A DNA stretch of 64,000 nucleotides from Rhodobacterales bacterium (GTDB lineage Bacteria > Pseudomonadota > Alphaproteobacteria > Rhodobacterales > Rhodobacteraceae). The stretch is from positions 980 through 64,979 of the forward strand of contig JBBRLL010000004.1 of assembly GCA_038231395.1 (NCBI GenBank), given 5' to 3'. Under the pieces are notes generated by a model. The model had not been told where the DNA came from. It made no database searches and saw only the letters and a program-made list of their open reading frames with translations. The position numbers and the translations under genes were made by a program. Shown piece by piece: positions 35,152-45,492 of the stretch; the first letter of the stretch is position 1, and each line of letters starts with the position of its first letter.

Positions 35152-36441
35152 TCAGCGGCTTTTCACATCCACATAATCGCGCTTGGCTGGTCCGATGTAC
35201 AACTGACGCGGACGGCCGATCTTGCTATTCTCGGCAATCATCTCTTTCCACTGAGAAATCCAGCCAACTGTCCGCGCAATCGCGAAAATCGGCGTGAACA
35301 TCGCAGTCGGGAAGCCCATCGCATCAAGAATGATGCCGGAATAGAAGTCGACGTTCGGGTACAGCTTTTTGGAGATGAAATAATCGTCCGACAGGGCGAT
35401 CTTTTCCAGCTCTTTGGCAACTTGCAGGGTTGGGTTGTTGTGGATGCCCAACAGCTCCAACACTTCATCAGCCGATTCTTTCAGCACGGTCGCGCGCGGG
35501 TCAAAGTTCTTGTAGACCCGGTGTCCAAAGCCCATCAGCTTGACGCCCGAGGACTTGTCCTTGAATTTGGCGATGAATTCCGGGATGCGGTCCACCGTGC
35601 CGATTTCGCGCAACTGTTCCAGCGCAGCTTGGTTCGCCCCGCCATGTGCCGGACCCCACAGGCAAGCGATGCCAGCGGCGATGCAGGCGAAGGGGTTGGC
35701 ACCCGAGGAACCTGCCAGACGCACGGTCGAGGTCGAGGCGTTCTGTTCGTGATCGGCGTGCAGCATCATGATCCGGTCAAGGGCCTTTTCCAGAACCGGG
35801 TTGACGACATACTCCTCCGCCGGAACCGAAAAGCACATGTTCAGGAAGTTGCCCGCATAGCTGAGGGAATTTTTCGGGTAAACGAAGGGCTGGCCGAGGG
35901 AATATTTGTAAGCCATCGCGGCGATTGTCGGCAGCTTGGCGATCATCCGGATCGCGGCAACCTCGCGCTGCCAGGGGTCATTGATGTCCAGCGAGTCGTG
36001 ATAAAACGCGCTCATCGCGCCAACGACGCCCACCATTGTGGCCATCGGGTGACTGTCACGGCGGAAGCCACGGAAAAAGTTGTGCATCTGTTCATGCACC
36101 ATTGTATGGCGGGTCACCCGACCACGGAAATCTTCAAGTTCCGGCTTGGTGGGCAGTTCGCCGTATAGGAGAAGGTAGCACAGCTCAATATAAGAGCTTT
36201 GCGCCGCCAGTTGTTCAATCGGATAGCCGCGGTGCAACAGTTCACCCTTGTCGCCGTCAATGAAGGTGATCGCGCTGTCACAGGCGGCGGTGGAGGTGAA
36301 GCCGGGGTCGAAAGTGAAGACATCCGCTTCGGCATACAGTTTGCGGATGTCCAGCACGTCAGGCCCGAGAACCGGGGAAATCACGGGAAGGTCATAGACA
36401 TTCCCGTTCAGGCTTAGCTTGGCGGTATGGTCAGCACACAT
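35152..36441 (-). CDS. gltA: Citrate synthase (type II)
   Basis: 429 aa. [34 protein letters not shown] motifs. Confidence 0.95.
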   Translation of the reverse strand: MCADHTAKLSLNGNVYDLPVISPVLGPDVLDIRKLYAEADVFTFDPGFTSTAACDSAITFIDGDKGELLHRGYPIEQLAAQSSYIELCYLLLYGELPTKPELEDFRGRVTRHTMVHEQMHNFFRGFRRDSHPMATMVGVVGAMSAFYHDSLDINDPWQREVAAIRMIAKLPTIAAMAYKYSLGQPFVYPKNSLSYAGNFLNMCFSVPAEEYVVNPVLEKALDRIMMLHADHEQNASTSTVRLAGSSGANPFACIAAGIACLWGPAHGGANQAALEQLREIGTVDRIPEFIAKFKDKSSGVKLMGFGHRVYKNFDPRATVLKESADEVLELLGIHNNPTLQVAKELEKIALSDDYFISKKLYPNVDFYSGIILDAMGFPTAMFTPIFAIARTVGWISQWKEMIAENSKIGRPRQLYIGPAKRDYVDVKSR

Positions 36442-36541
36442 CTGAAGTCCCCCGTTGGGAGCCCTGACCCGTGGCAGCGGGTGAGGGCGGATAAGGTTCG
36501 GTCTCAGGTGGGCATGTCAGCGCACCCAGGCCAAAAAGGCG

Positions 36542-37942
36542 TCAGCCAGCCGCCTCATTCAGCCGCGCAATCGTTTCGTCTCGTCCGATGACCAGCATCA
36601 TGTCATAGACGCTAGGTGTGGCGGTTCGTCCGGCAAGGGCTGCCCGCACAGGCTGTGCCAGCTTGCCAAATCCGATACCGGCATTTTCTGCGGCGGCGGT
36701 CAGGATAGCCTCCAACTCCGCCTTTTCCCACGTAACATTTTGCAGCTGCAGCGTCAACGTTTTGAGCATGCCACGGGATACCGCATCCAGCAGCGCCGCC
36801 GCAGCCTCGTCCGGAACCACAGGCCGCGATGTCAAGGCGAATTGTGCCTTTTCAAGCAGTTCCGGGAAGGTCTTCGCCCGATCTTTCAGGCAGTACATGC
36901 CCGCAAGCATCAACGCGTGTTGGCTTTCGGTCAGCGCCGGTTTGCCGATAACAGCAAGGTAAGCCTCGATTTCATGCAGCAGCGCAGCATCGTCGGCGCG
37001 GGCGATGTGCTGGCCGCAAATGAACTCCAACTTCTTGAAGTCCAGCCGGGCGGGGGCGCGACCGATGCCGCCCAGGTCAAACATCGCCTTGGCCTCGTCC
37101 GACGTGAACACCTCTGCATCGCCATGCGCCCAACCAAGACGGGTCAGATAGTTGCGCATTCCGGCGGCGGGGTAACCCATCGCCTGATACTCTTCCACCC
37201 CAAGCGCGCCATGGCGTTTGGACAGTTTCTTGCCATCGGGCCCGTGGATCAGCGGAATATGCGCCCAGACCGGAACCTGCCACGCCATGCCATCATAAAC
37301 CATCGTCTGGCGGGCCGCATTGGCAAGGTGGTCGTCGCCCCGGATCACGTGGGTGACGCCCATGTCGTGGTCATCTACCACCACAGCAAGCATATAAGTC
37401 GGTGTCCCGTCTGAACGCAAAACTATCATGTCGTCCAGTTGATCGTTCTTAAATGTAACTTTTCCCTGAACATGGTCAAAAATAATTGTCTCACCGCTTC
37501 GAGGCGCCTTCATCCGGACCACATAGGGCAGGTTGGGAAAGGTCGCAGGGTCGGCATCGCGCCAAGGGCTTTGAAAAACGGCATAAGTTCCCGCAGCTTC
37601 GGCCTTGGCACGGAACGCCTCGATCTCCTCTTTGGTCGAAAAGCACTTGTAGGCGGTGCCGCGTGCCAGCATGTCATGGGCCACTTCTGCGTGGCGATCT
37701 TTACGGTCAAACTGGCTGACGACCTCGCCATCCCAATCGAGGCCCAGCCATGTCAGGCCGCGCAGAATGGCGGCGGTGGCCTCGGGGGTGGAGCGTTCGC
37801 GGTCGGTATCCTCGATCCGCAGCAGGAATTTGCCGCCCCGGCCACGCGCGAAAAGCCAGTTGAACAGGGCCGTCCTGCCGCCGCCGATGTGCAGATAACC
37901 GGTGGGCGAGGGCGCGAAACGGGTAACGATTTGCTGGGACAT
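36542..37942 (-). CDS. gltX: Glutamate--tRNA ligase
   Basis: [21 protein letters not shown] (HIGH motif) and KLSKRHG (KMSKS motif). Confidence 0.95.
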   Translation of the reverse strand: MSQQIVTRFAPSPTGYLHIGGGRTALFNWLFARGRGGKFLLRIEDTDRERSTPEATAAILRGLTWLGLDWDGEVVSQFDRKDRHAEVAHDMLARGTAYKCFSTKEEIEAFRAKAEAAGTYAVFQSPWRDADPATFPNLPYVVRMKAPRSGETIIFDHVQGKVTFKNDQLDDMIVLRSDGTPTYMLAVVVDDHDMGVTHVIRGDDHLANAARQTMVYDGMAWQVPVWAHIPLIHGPDGKKLSKRHGALGVEEYQAMGYPAAGMRNYLTRLGWAHGDAEVFTSDEAKAMFDLGGIGRAPARLDFKKLEFICGQHIARADDAALLHEIEAYLAVIGKPALTESQHALMLAGMYCLKDRAKTFPELLEKAQFALTSRPVVPDEAAAALLDAVSRGMLKTLTLQLQNVTWEKAELEAILTAAAENAGIGFGKLAQPVRAALAGRTATPSVYDMMLVIGRDETIARLNEAAG

Positions 37943-38034
37943 CTGGGCTCAACTGTAGGGCGTGTTAACTTTGTGGAAACCATGTTGAGCCTAGGCTCGG
38001 CGCAGGTGTAGGCAAATGCGGGGGGCAAGACAAG

Positions 38035-40239
38035 GTGGGCAACAGGCTGACCGGCAGGCTGACAGGCAGGCTGACCAGCAGGCTGACAGGCAGGCTGACC
38101 AGCAGGCTGACAGGCGGGCTGGTCGGCAGGCAGATCGGTCAGCTGATCCGGGCGCTGGCAGGTTTGGCGGAGTCTCCGGTCGATTTGTTCCTGTTTGTGC
38201 CGGTGTTCCTGTCTATCGGGATCGGGCTGTGGTTTTCGGTATCGGTGGAGCCGGGAACCGCCTTCTACGCCGAATTGGGCGGCGCTGTTTTGGTGTTGCT
38301 GGTCTTGGCGGGGTTTGGGCCTTGGGCACTCCGGCCCTATGCCGTGGCATTGGCGTGCGTCTGTCTGGGCGCATTGACCTGTGGGGCAAGGGTCTGGGCG
38401 GTGACTTCTCCCATGCTGGCCGTGCCGTACTATGGGCCGGTGCAAGGCCGGATCATCGACATCGACCGCTCGCAATCCGATGCGGTCAGGCTGACGCTGG
38501 ATCAGGTGGTGTTGTCAGAAGTTCCACCTGACGGCATCCCTGCAACGGTTCGCGTCGCGCTGCACGGTCCGCCGGTCAAACGCTTTGAACCCGGCACGAC
38601 GATAGAGGTAACGGCCCGGTTGGCCGCCCCGGAAAGCGCGTCAGAGCCGGGGGGGTTCGATTTCCGCCGGATGGCGTGGTTTGAACAGCTGGGCGCGGTG
38701 GGCTACACCTCCAGCCCGGTGGTGACATGCGCGCCGCCGGGACTATGGGATGCTTCGGTCAACCGGTTGCGCAACAATTTGTCGGCGAGGATCATGGCGG
38801 CGGTGCCGGGCGATGCGGGGGCATTCGGCTCCGGCGCACTGACCGGCGACAGGTCCGAGATTTCGGCGGCGGTTGTGTCGGATTTGCGCATCTCCTCGCT
38901 GGCACATTTGCTGGCGATTTCAGGGATGAACATGGCGTTTCTGACCGGCTTTGTGTTCGCGCTGGTCCGCTATGGGTTGGCGCTGATCCCGCCGATATCC
39001 TTGCGGGTCAACACCAAGAAAGCCGCGGCCTATGTCGCGTTTGGCGTGGCGCTGTTCTACCTGATCCTGTCGGGGGCCAACGTCGCCACCACCCGAGCGT
39101 TCCTGCAGGTTTCGATCATGCTGGGCGCAGTGGCTTTGGACCGGCGGGCGCTGACCTTACGCTCCGTGGCGTTGGCCGCCCTTTTGCTGCTGCTGTGGCA
39201 ACCCGAGAGCCTGCTGTCACCGGGGTTTCAGTTGTCCTTTGCCGCCACCATCGGCCTGATCGCCGGATTTCACCCGGCACAGGCCTTCATGACGGCGCGC
39301 GGGATGCCGGGATGGCTGAAGCCGATGGCGATGCTGACCACGAGTTCGCTGTTGGCGGGGCTGGCCACGGCACCCTTTTCGGCGGCGACCTTCAACCGGC
39401 TGACCGGCTACGGCTTGATGGCCAACCTGCTGACTGTGCCGGTGATGGATGTGCTGATGGGCGCGGGTGCTGTGGCGGCTTTGCTGGCACCCATCGGTCT
39501 TGCGGGGCCCGATCTGGCCGTGATGGGCTGGTCATCGTGGTGGATTTTGTTCGTAGCCCATTGGGTCGCGGGTCTGGACGGAGCCATCACGCCGGTGCCG
39601 CAGCCGGGGCCTTGGGTGGTGCCGCTGATCACATTGGGGATGCTTTGGGTCTTGCTGTGGCAGGGCAGAGCGCGATTTGTGGGATTGGCGCCGGTGGTCT
39701 TGGGGTTTGTGGTCTGGGCCATGGTGGTGCGGCCGCCGTTGCTGATTTCATCGGATGGCGTGTTGGCGGGCGTTTTGGGGCCGCAAGGCCGGGCCTTGTC
39801 CTCGCCACACGGAGCCGGGTTTGCGGCGGCAAGCTGGCTCGCCGATGATGGCGATCTGGCTGATCCCAAAACCGCCGCCGCGCGCCCGGGTTTTGAAGGG
39901 CCCAAAACGGCTGCGATGTTTGTGGTGGCGGGCGTGACCGGGCTTGTGTTGACCGGAAAAGGCGCGCTGTCGCAAGTGTCTGATGCCTGTGGTGCCGCCG
40001 ATCTTGTGCTGGTGCCGGCGCGGTATGGTCCGGTTTTGCAACCCCCGCCGGGCTGCACGGTGATTGACGCGGCCTACCTTGCGCAAAGCGGTGCCATTGC
40101 GGGCGTAGCACAGGCCGGTGGGCTGCTGCTGATCCCGGTCCGGGCTGAGGCGCGGGTCTGGACTGGGAATGCTGTGCCCACGCCCGCCGTGCAGGTCACG
40201 CCCAATCCGGACCGGATGGCTGAGAACACAGGGCGATAG
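38035..40239 (+). CDS. ComEC/Rec2-family membrane protein (N-terminus built from the 12-nt repeat; start uncertain)
   Basis: Polytopic membrane protein. ISSLAHLLAISGMNMAF and FQLSFAATIGL motifs are typical of the ComEC competence domain. The only canonical start in frame is GTG 38035, upstream of the repeat. Confidence 0.8.
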   Translation: MGNRLTGRLTGRLTSRLTGRLTSRLTGGLVGRQIGQLIRALAGLAESPVDLFLFVPVFLSIGIGLWFSVSVEPGTAFYAELGGAVLVLLVLAGFGPWALRPYAVALACVCLGALTCGARVWAVTSPMLAVPYYGPVQGRIIDIDRSQSDAVRLTLDQVVLSEVPPDGIPATVRVALHGPPVKRFEPGTTIEVTARLAAPESASEPGGFDFRRMAWFEQLGAVGYTSSPVVTCAPPGLWDASVNRLRNNLSARIMAAVPGDAGAFGSGALTGDRSEISAAVVSDLRISSLAHLLAISGMNMAFLTGFVFALVRYGLALIPPISLRVNTKKAAAYVAFGVALFYLILSGANVATTRAFLQVSIMLGAVALDRRALTLRSVALAALLLLLWQPESLLSPGFQLSFAATIGLIAGFHPAQAFMTARGMPGWLKPMAMLTTSSLLAGLATAPFSAATFNRLTGYGLMANLLTVPVMDVLMGAGAVAALLAPIGLAGPDLAVMGWSSWWILFVAHWVAGLDGAITPVPQPGPWVVPLITLGMLWVLLWQGRARFVGLAPVVLGFVVWAMVVRPPLLISSDGVLAGVLGPQGRALSSPHGAGFAAASWLADDGDLADPKTAAARPGFEGPKTAAMFVVAGVTGLVLTGKGALSQVSDACGAADLVLVPARYGPVLQPPPGCTVIDAAYLAQSGAIAGVAQAGGLLLIPVRAEARVWTGNAVPTPAVQVTPNPDRMAENTGR
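38044..38151 (+). repeat. 12-nt tandem array (caggctgacMRg x6 plus 3 degenerate copies) at the 5' end of comEC
   Basis: Read directly: caggctgaccgg caggctgacagg caggctgaccag caggctgacagg caggctgaccag caggctgacagg cgggctggtcgg caggcagatcgg tcagctgatccg. Encodes (RLTG/RLTS)n. Confidence 0.9.
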
Positions 40240-40521
40240 GCGATGAGCGATGGGCGGGACGAGCAGTTTGCCATAGTTGGCGTGTTTCGACCCAACCGAT
40301 CAAGGACTTGGGCGGGCCTGTCACCTCTCAGGCCCACAGGAACAACAGAAATTGCGCCCGAACACCGGGAATCAGGCCAACCAGCCCAGGATCAAAAGGC
40401 AAAAGTCGGGCACCAAACCGACAGGTCCGGGATCGGACCCACAAGTCCGAAAGAAGGTGCACCGGCAAGTCATCAAACCTACCAGTCCGGCAGCAGGCGG
40501 AACCCGGACCACTGCCATCTG

Positions 40522-41235
40522 TCAATAACTGCGGATCAGGCCGACCAGTTTGCCCTGCACCTTGACCATGTGGTCGGGGAAAACCCTCGTCTCATAGGCC
40601 GGGTTGGCGGCCTCCAGTGCGATCATGCTGCCACGCCGGCGGAATCGCTTCAGCGTCGCTTCGGCGTCCTCGACCAAGGCCACCACGATATCGCCGTTTG
40701 AGGCGTCTTCCTGTTCGCGGATGATCACGATATCGCCGTCCTTGATCCCGGCCTCAATCATCGAATCGCCCTTCACCTCCAGCGCATAGTGCGAGCCTTT
40801 GCCGGACATCAGGGCATTTGGCACCGTGACGTGGTGCGAGATATGGGCAATCGCCTCGATCGGCACACCGGCGGCGATCCGGCCCATCATCGGAATGTCC
40901 ATGGCGTTGGCGGCAGAGTTCGGGTCAATCTCAAATGCCGCAACCGGACGCGGTGGCGGGGCAGGGGGCGTGACTTTGGAGCCTTGAACGACGCGGGGCG
41001 AGAAGCCTGCTTTCTCCATCGCCTCTGGCAGTTTGACAATCTCAAGCGCGCGGGCACGGTGCGGCAGGCGGCGGATAAAGCCACGCTCCTCCAGTGCGGT
41101 GATCAGACGGTGGATCCCGGATTTGGATTTCAGTTCCAACGCGTCCTTCATCTCGTCAAACGATGGCGGGACACCGTCGGCATCCAGACGTAGCCGGATG
41201 AAGTCCAGAAGTTCCAGTTGTTTGCGCGTCAGCAT
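40522..41235 (-). CDS. lexA: LexA repressor
   Basis: [29 protein letters not shown]...[17 protein letters not shown], with a C-terminal S24 peptidase domain ([11 protein letters not shown]). I trimmed the start from 41307. Confidence 0.95.
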   Translation of the reverse strand: MLTRKQLELLDFIRLRLDADGVPPSFDEMKDALELKSKSGIHRLITALEERGFIRRLPHRARALEIVKLPEAMEKAGFSPRVVQGSKVTPPAPPPRPVAAFEIDPNSAANAMDIPMMGRIAAGVPIEAIAHISHHVTVPNALMSGKGSHYALEVKGDSMIEAGIKDGDIVIIREQEDASNGDIVVALVEDAEATLKRFRRRGSMIALEAANPAYETRVFPDHMVKVQGKLVGLIRSY

Positions 41236-41320
41236 TGGTTTGACCCTACCTGTGGTTGGCCGGGCAGCCGGCCTGTGCGACGTGTGACCACCCCCCGGTT
41301 GCCACAAGTGTTAATTGAAT

Positions 41321-41335
41321 GTTCTGCCCGTGTTC
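41321..41335. promoter_or_regulatory. Alphaproteobacterial SOS box (GTTC-N7-GTTC) upstream of lexA
   Basis: gttc tgcccgt gttc read directly, 86 nt upstream of the lexA start codon. It matches the LexA operator consensus described for Rhodobacter and Rhizobium. Confidence 0.75.
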
Positions 41336-41361
41336 CCGGTTTGTGTCAAGCCATTCCCGCT

Positions 41362-42531
41362 TTACAACGGCAGGTAGAGCGCGTTTGTTCCGGCTTTTTG
41401 CGGGCCATCGCCCATGGGCCGGATCAAAAGGGCATTGGCTTCGGTCAGAATGCGGATCAGGGCGCTGTCCTGCCGGTCAAACGGGGTAATCACACCCTGC
41501 GCCAACCGCGCCCGCATGTAGTGGGTGCGGGGGCCAGTGGCATCGACATCTGCGCCAAGAGCGGCCGCGAAGGTCGGCGGGGCGACATCCGGGCGGCCTT
41601 GCATCGCGCGCACCATCGGTAACAAGAACAGATGCGTGCAAACAATGGAGGATACCGGGTTGCCGGGCAACCCCAACATCGGGGTGTCGCCGATCCGGCC
41701 CGCCATCAAGGGCTTTCCGGGGCGCATGGCGATTTTCCAAAAGGCGCGCTCCATCCCCAGATCGCTGGCGACCTTGGCCACCAGATCATGGTCGCCCACC
41801 GAAGCGCCGCCGATGGTGACAATCAGGTCGGCGTCGGCGGCAAGGCTGATGACAGCGCGCAGGTCCGCTTCCGTGTCGCGGGCAATGGGCAGGATGCGGG
41901 CAACGCCACCCTCTGCCTCAACCAAAGCTGCGATGGCAAAAGCGTTGGAGCAGATGATCTGGTCGCGCCCCGGGTCTTCGCCCGGCATCACCAACTCGTC
42001 GCCGGTGGCTATGATGGCTACGGTCGGGCGGCGGTGGACCTGCACCTGCGGGATGTTCATCGCCGCCAACAGCGCAAGGTCATGGGGGGCAATGCGTCGT
42101 GGGGACAGCGTCTCACCCGCCTTGAAATCTTGACCCATCGGGCGGATATGGCGGGCGGTGTCGGCGTTGGGTTTGAGTGTGATGACGGCGCCGTCAACCG
42201 TGACATCTTCCTGGATGATGACACGCGTCGCCCCGTCCGGCACCGGCGCGCCGGTGAAGATGCGCACGGCCTGACCGGGCGACACACTGCCCTGATGCGC
42301 TTTGCCGGCCTGAGCGGTGCCATCGACCGCAAAGCTATCGCCGGGGATCGGGTCGCCCTGAACCGCATAGCCGTCCATGGCAGAGGCGGCAAACGGCGGT
42401 TGGTCACGCAAGGCTACGGCAGGCTTGGCCATCATCCGGCCCACCGACTGGCGCAGCGCCACAAACTCGGCTGGCAGAGGTTCTACGAGGGCAAGGCAGC
42501 GGCCAAGGGCGTCGTCAACTGTGATCATCAT
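41362..42531 (-). CDS. moeA: Molybdopterin molybdotransferase MoeA
   Basis: 389 aa. SAMDGYAV, TGAPVPDGA and GLPGNPVSS motifs. Confidence 0.9.
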   Translation of the reverse strand: MMITVDDALGRCLALVEPLPAEFVALRQSVGRMMAKPAVALRDQPPFAASAMDGYAVQGDPIPGDSFAVDGTAQAGKAHQGSVSPGQAVRIFTGAPVPDGATRVIIQEDVTVDGAVITLKPNADTARHIRPMGQDFKAGETLSPRRIAPHDLALLAAMNIPQVQVHRRPTVAIIATGDELVMPGEDPGRDQIICSNAFAIAALVEAEGGVARILPIARDTEADLRAVISLAADADLIVTIGGASVGDHDLVAKVASDLGMERAFWKIAMRPGKPLMAGRIGDTPMLGLPGNPVSSIVCTHLFLLPMVRAMQGRPDVAPPTFAAALGADVDATGPRTHYMRARLAQGVITPFDRQDSALIRILTEANALLIRPMGDGPQKAGTNALYLPL

Positions 42532-42642
42532 CCGCTCCGCTTCGTGTCAGGTCAGGGGAATTGGTCGCGTTCGTCTGTCAGGGCGATCAGCCGCAGCCGA
42601 TACCTGACCAAAATCCAACCCATAAAACCTAATGTCATACCT

Positions 42643-43137
42643 TCACTTCGCCTCGTAAAGTCCTGATTTTCCGCCATCTTTCAGAAGCAACCTCACCCCT
42701 TCGATCCGCATACCCTTCTCAACCGCTTTCAACATGTCATAGACGGTCAGACAGGCGATCGAGACTGCCGTCAAAGCCTCCATCTCGACCCCGGTGACGC
42801 CGGAGGTCTTGACGGTGGCGGTGACACGAACGCCGGGCAAACGGAGATCAGGCACAAGGTCAACGGCAACTTTGGTGATCGGCAAAGGGTGGCACAGCGG
42901 GATCAGGTCGGCGGTTTTCTTGGCAGCCATGATCCCTGCCAGCCGTGCCACGCCCAGAACGTCACCCTTTTTGGCGCGGCCTTCGGTGATGTAAGCCAAA
43001 GTCTCTGCCCGCATCAGCACCAGACCTTCGGCAGTGGCCACGCGGGCGGTCACTGCCTTGTCGCCGACATCGACCATATGGGCGTGCCCTTGGTCGTCAA
43101 AATGGGTCAGTCCGCCGGTGCTGTCAGGATCATTCAT
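42643..43137 (-). CDS. moaC: Cyclic pyranopterin monophosphate synthase MoaC
   Basis: [18 protein letters not shown]...[29 protein letters not shown]. Confidence 0.95.
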   Translation of the reverse strand: MNDPDSTGGLTHFDDQGHAHMVDVGDKAVTARVATAEGLVLMRAETLAYITEGRAKKGDVLGVARLAGIMAAKKTADLIPLCHPLPITKVAVDLVPDLRLPGVRVTATVKTSGVTGVEMEALTAVSIACLTVYDMLKAVEKGMRIEGVRLLLKDGGKSGLYEAK

Positions 43138-43955
43138 GCGCCACCCTGGGCTTTAAGAGGGCGCGACAGGATGGCCTTGGTCGCGGCAGTCACATCGGCC
43201 TGCCGCATCAGGCTTTCGCCGATCAGAAAGCACCGCGCGCCATAGCGGGCAAGTTCGGCCAGATCGTCCGCCGTATAAAGCCCGCTTTCCGAGACGATGA
43301 CCCGCCCCTCCGGCACATAGCGGGCCAGTTGGCGAGTGGTGTCCAATGACACCTCGAACGAATGCAAATTGCGGTTGTTGATGCCGATCAACGGCGAGTT
43401 CAGCAGGGTGGCGCGGTCAAGTTCGGCGCGGTCATGCACTTCGATCAGGACGTCCATGCCGTGCGCCACCGCCGCAGCCTCCAGCTCTGCTGCCTGCGTA
43501 TCGCTGACCGATGCCATGATGATCAGGATGCAGTCGGCGTGCAGGGCGCGGGCCTCGGCGACCTGATAGGTGTCATAAAGGAAATCCTTGCGCAGGCAGG
43601 GCAGTCTGACGGCGTGATGCGCTGCGGTCAGGTAGGCGTCGTCGCCCTGAAACGACGGCGCGTCGGTCAGAACAGACAGGCAAGTGGCACCGCCCGCTTC
43701 ATAGGCGCGGGCCAAAGCGGGTACGTCGAAATCGGCGCGGATCAGGCCCTTGGAGGGGCTGGCCTTTTTGATTTCAGCGATCAGCCCATAGCCTGCGGTG
43801 GCGGCCTCGGACAGGGCTTTGGCAAAGCCGCGCGGCGGCGGGGCGGAAAGGGCTGCCTCTTCAACGGTGGCGAGCGGTCGCGCGGCCTTGCGGGCGGCAA
43901 CCTCTTGCAGCTTGTAGGTCTTGATGGTGTCGAGGATTGTGGCTGTCATGGCCAA
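43134..43955 (-). CDS. trpC: Indole-3-glycerol phosphate synthase
   Basis: [13 protein letters not shown]...[11 protein letters not shown]...IGINNRNL. 4-nt overlap with moaC. Confidence 0.95.
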   Translation of the reverse strand: MAMTATILDTIKTYKLQEVAARKAARPLATVEEAALSAPPPRGFAKALSEAATAGYGLIAEIKKASPSKGLIRADFDVPALARAYEAGGATCLSVLTDAPSFQGDDAYLTAAHHAVRLPCLRKDFLYDTYQVAEARALHADCILIIMASVSDTQAAELEAAAVAHGMDVLIEVHDRAELDRATLLNSPLIGINNRNLHSFEVSLDTTRQLARYVPEGRVIVSESGLYTADDLAELARYGARCFLIGESLMRQADVTAATKAILSRPLKAQGGA

Positions 43956-43997
43956 GGGAGTACCGCGAAGTGCCGGCGAAGGAAAGGGTCGCAGGCC

Positions 43998-44519
43998 CTA
44001 CCTTGGCCTGTAGAAATTGACGACCCAGGTCGGGTAGGCGCCATCCGTCAGCCCGATGCCAACCTGGGTGACCCCGGCCATCAGGATGTTGCGCCGATGT
44101 CCGGGCGAGGCGAGCCATAAGACCATCCCGACCTCTGGCGTGGTAAAGCCTTCTCCGGTGTTTTCGGCGGCCAGTGAAATGCTGATGCCGCCGCGCTTCA
44201 GACGTTCGGACAGCGTTGATCCGTCACTGCCTTTGTGGTCGATGTCGCGCCGCGCGGCGATTTCGCAGGCGTAGAATTGCGCCACTCTGCTGCCCGATGG
44301 CGCGAGGGTCAGTGCCGGCAGCCCGGCCTTGATGCGTTCGGCGTTCATCAGGGCCACCAGGGTTTCGGACTTGGCTTTGGCGTCCGGCGGGGTCGGGCAA
44401 GTGGCGCTGGCAGGCCATGGGCGCGCTACTGTCGCATCGGGGGCAAGCGCCGTGCCGGTGGTGGTGACCGTGATGGTGACGCAGCCTGACACCAGAAGGG
44501 GGAGCATCGTTTTGAACAT
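43998..44519 (-). CDS. CAP/SCP-domain lipoprotein
   Basis: MFKTMLPLLVSGC lipobox. LMNAERIKAGLPAL ... WLASPGHRRNIL ... is typical of a CAP domain. I trimmed the start from 44621. Confidence 0.75.
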   Translation of the reverse strand: MFKTMLPLLVSGCVTITVTTTGTALAPDATVARPWPASATCPTPPDAKAKSETLVALMNAERIKAGLPALTLAPSGSRVAQFYACEIAARRDIDHKGSDGSTLSERLKRGGISISLAAENTGEGFTTPEVGMVLWLASPGHRRNILMAGVTQVGIGLTDGAYPTWVVNFYRPR

Positions 44520-44732
44520 GGGGCCTTGCCTGACTGGTTGACCGGATCCTGAAGGCTTTCTGACCGACCTGACCAGAAACGCAATCCCTTTACCGTCCGT
44601 TAAGCCCGGACCGATAAGCACAGCAAGTTTGCTTCACTTTTTTCCCCCGCCCTTGCAGCCCCCGGTGCGCGCCACTAAGACTCTGGCAAGGCTCAGGCGA
44701 TAATGCTTCACGTGACAACAGGCAGGTTTGAA

Positions 44733-45365
44733 ATGCGCGATCCCATCGACACTTACATGAATACACTCGTGCCCATGGTCGTCGAACAGACGAGCCGGGG
44801 TGAGCGGGCCTATGACATCTACTCCAGACTGTTGAAAGAACGCATCATTTTTCTGGCAGGCCCGGTGCATGACGGCGTGTCCAGCCTGATCTGCGCCCAG
44901 CTTTTGTTCCTTGAGGCGGAAAATCCCTCCAAGGAAATTTCGATGTACATCAACTCGCCGGGCGGGGTGGTGACCTCTGGCCTGTCGATCTATGACACGA
45001 TGCAATACATCCGCCCCAAGGTTTCGACGATGGTGATGGGGCAGGCGGCCTCGATGGGGTCGCTGTTGCTGACGGCGGGCGAAAAGGGCATGCGCTATTC
45101 GCTGCCCAACAGCCGGGTCATGGTCCACCAGCCATCGGGCGGTTATCAGGGTCAGGCGACCGACATCATGATACACGCCCGTGAAACGGAAAAGCTCAAG
45201 CGCCGTTTGAACGAGATTTACGTCAAGCACACCGGCAACACCTACGAGATGGTTGAGGCGGCGCTGGAGCGGGACAATTTCATGTCCGCCGAAGACGCCA
45301 AGGCCTGGGGTCTGATCGACGAGATCCTCGACAGCCGTGGCAAGATGGACGACAAGGACAAGTAA
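44733..45365 (+). CDS. clpP: ATP-dependent Clp protease proteolytic subunit
   Basis: [29 protein letters not shown]...[11 protein letters not shown]...MVHQPSGG. Confidence 0.95.
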   Translation: MRDPIDTYMNTLVPMVVEQTSRGERAYDIYSRLLKERIIFLAGPVHDGVSSLICAQLLFLEAENPSKEISMYINSPGGVVTSGLSIYDTMQYIRPKVSTMVMGQAASMGSLLLTAGEKGMRYSLPNSRVMVHQPSGGYQGQATDIMIHARETEKLKRRLNEIYVKHTGNTYEMVEAALERDNFMSAEDAKAWGLIDEILDSRGKMDDKDK

Positions 45366-45492
45366 AGGTTCAGGAATAATTTCCGGGCGGTGGACAGCTG
45401 CCGCCCGGGGCAATTTCGGATTGTGGAGGCGCGGGCCTTGGCCTAGACTTCCCTAAATTCGTCCCGTGTGGGGCGCTGGTCAGAGGACGATA

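Noticed and set aside
44640-44690. A possible sigma-32-type heat-shock promoter upstream of clpP (CTTG at 44652-44655, then CCACTAAG after a 16-nt spacer).
   Set aside because: The -10-like element matches the alphaproteobacterial RpoH consensus poorly. I cannot distinguish it from chance without a weight matrix or transcription-start data.
45383-45408. Hairpin ccgggcgg-N10-ccgcccgg between clpP and clpX as a terminator or attenuator.
   Set aside because: There is no downstream T tract, and clpP-clpX are normally co-transcribed. I noted it as a possible RNA structure only and did not call it as a feature.
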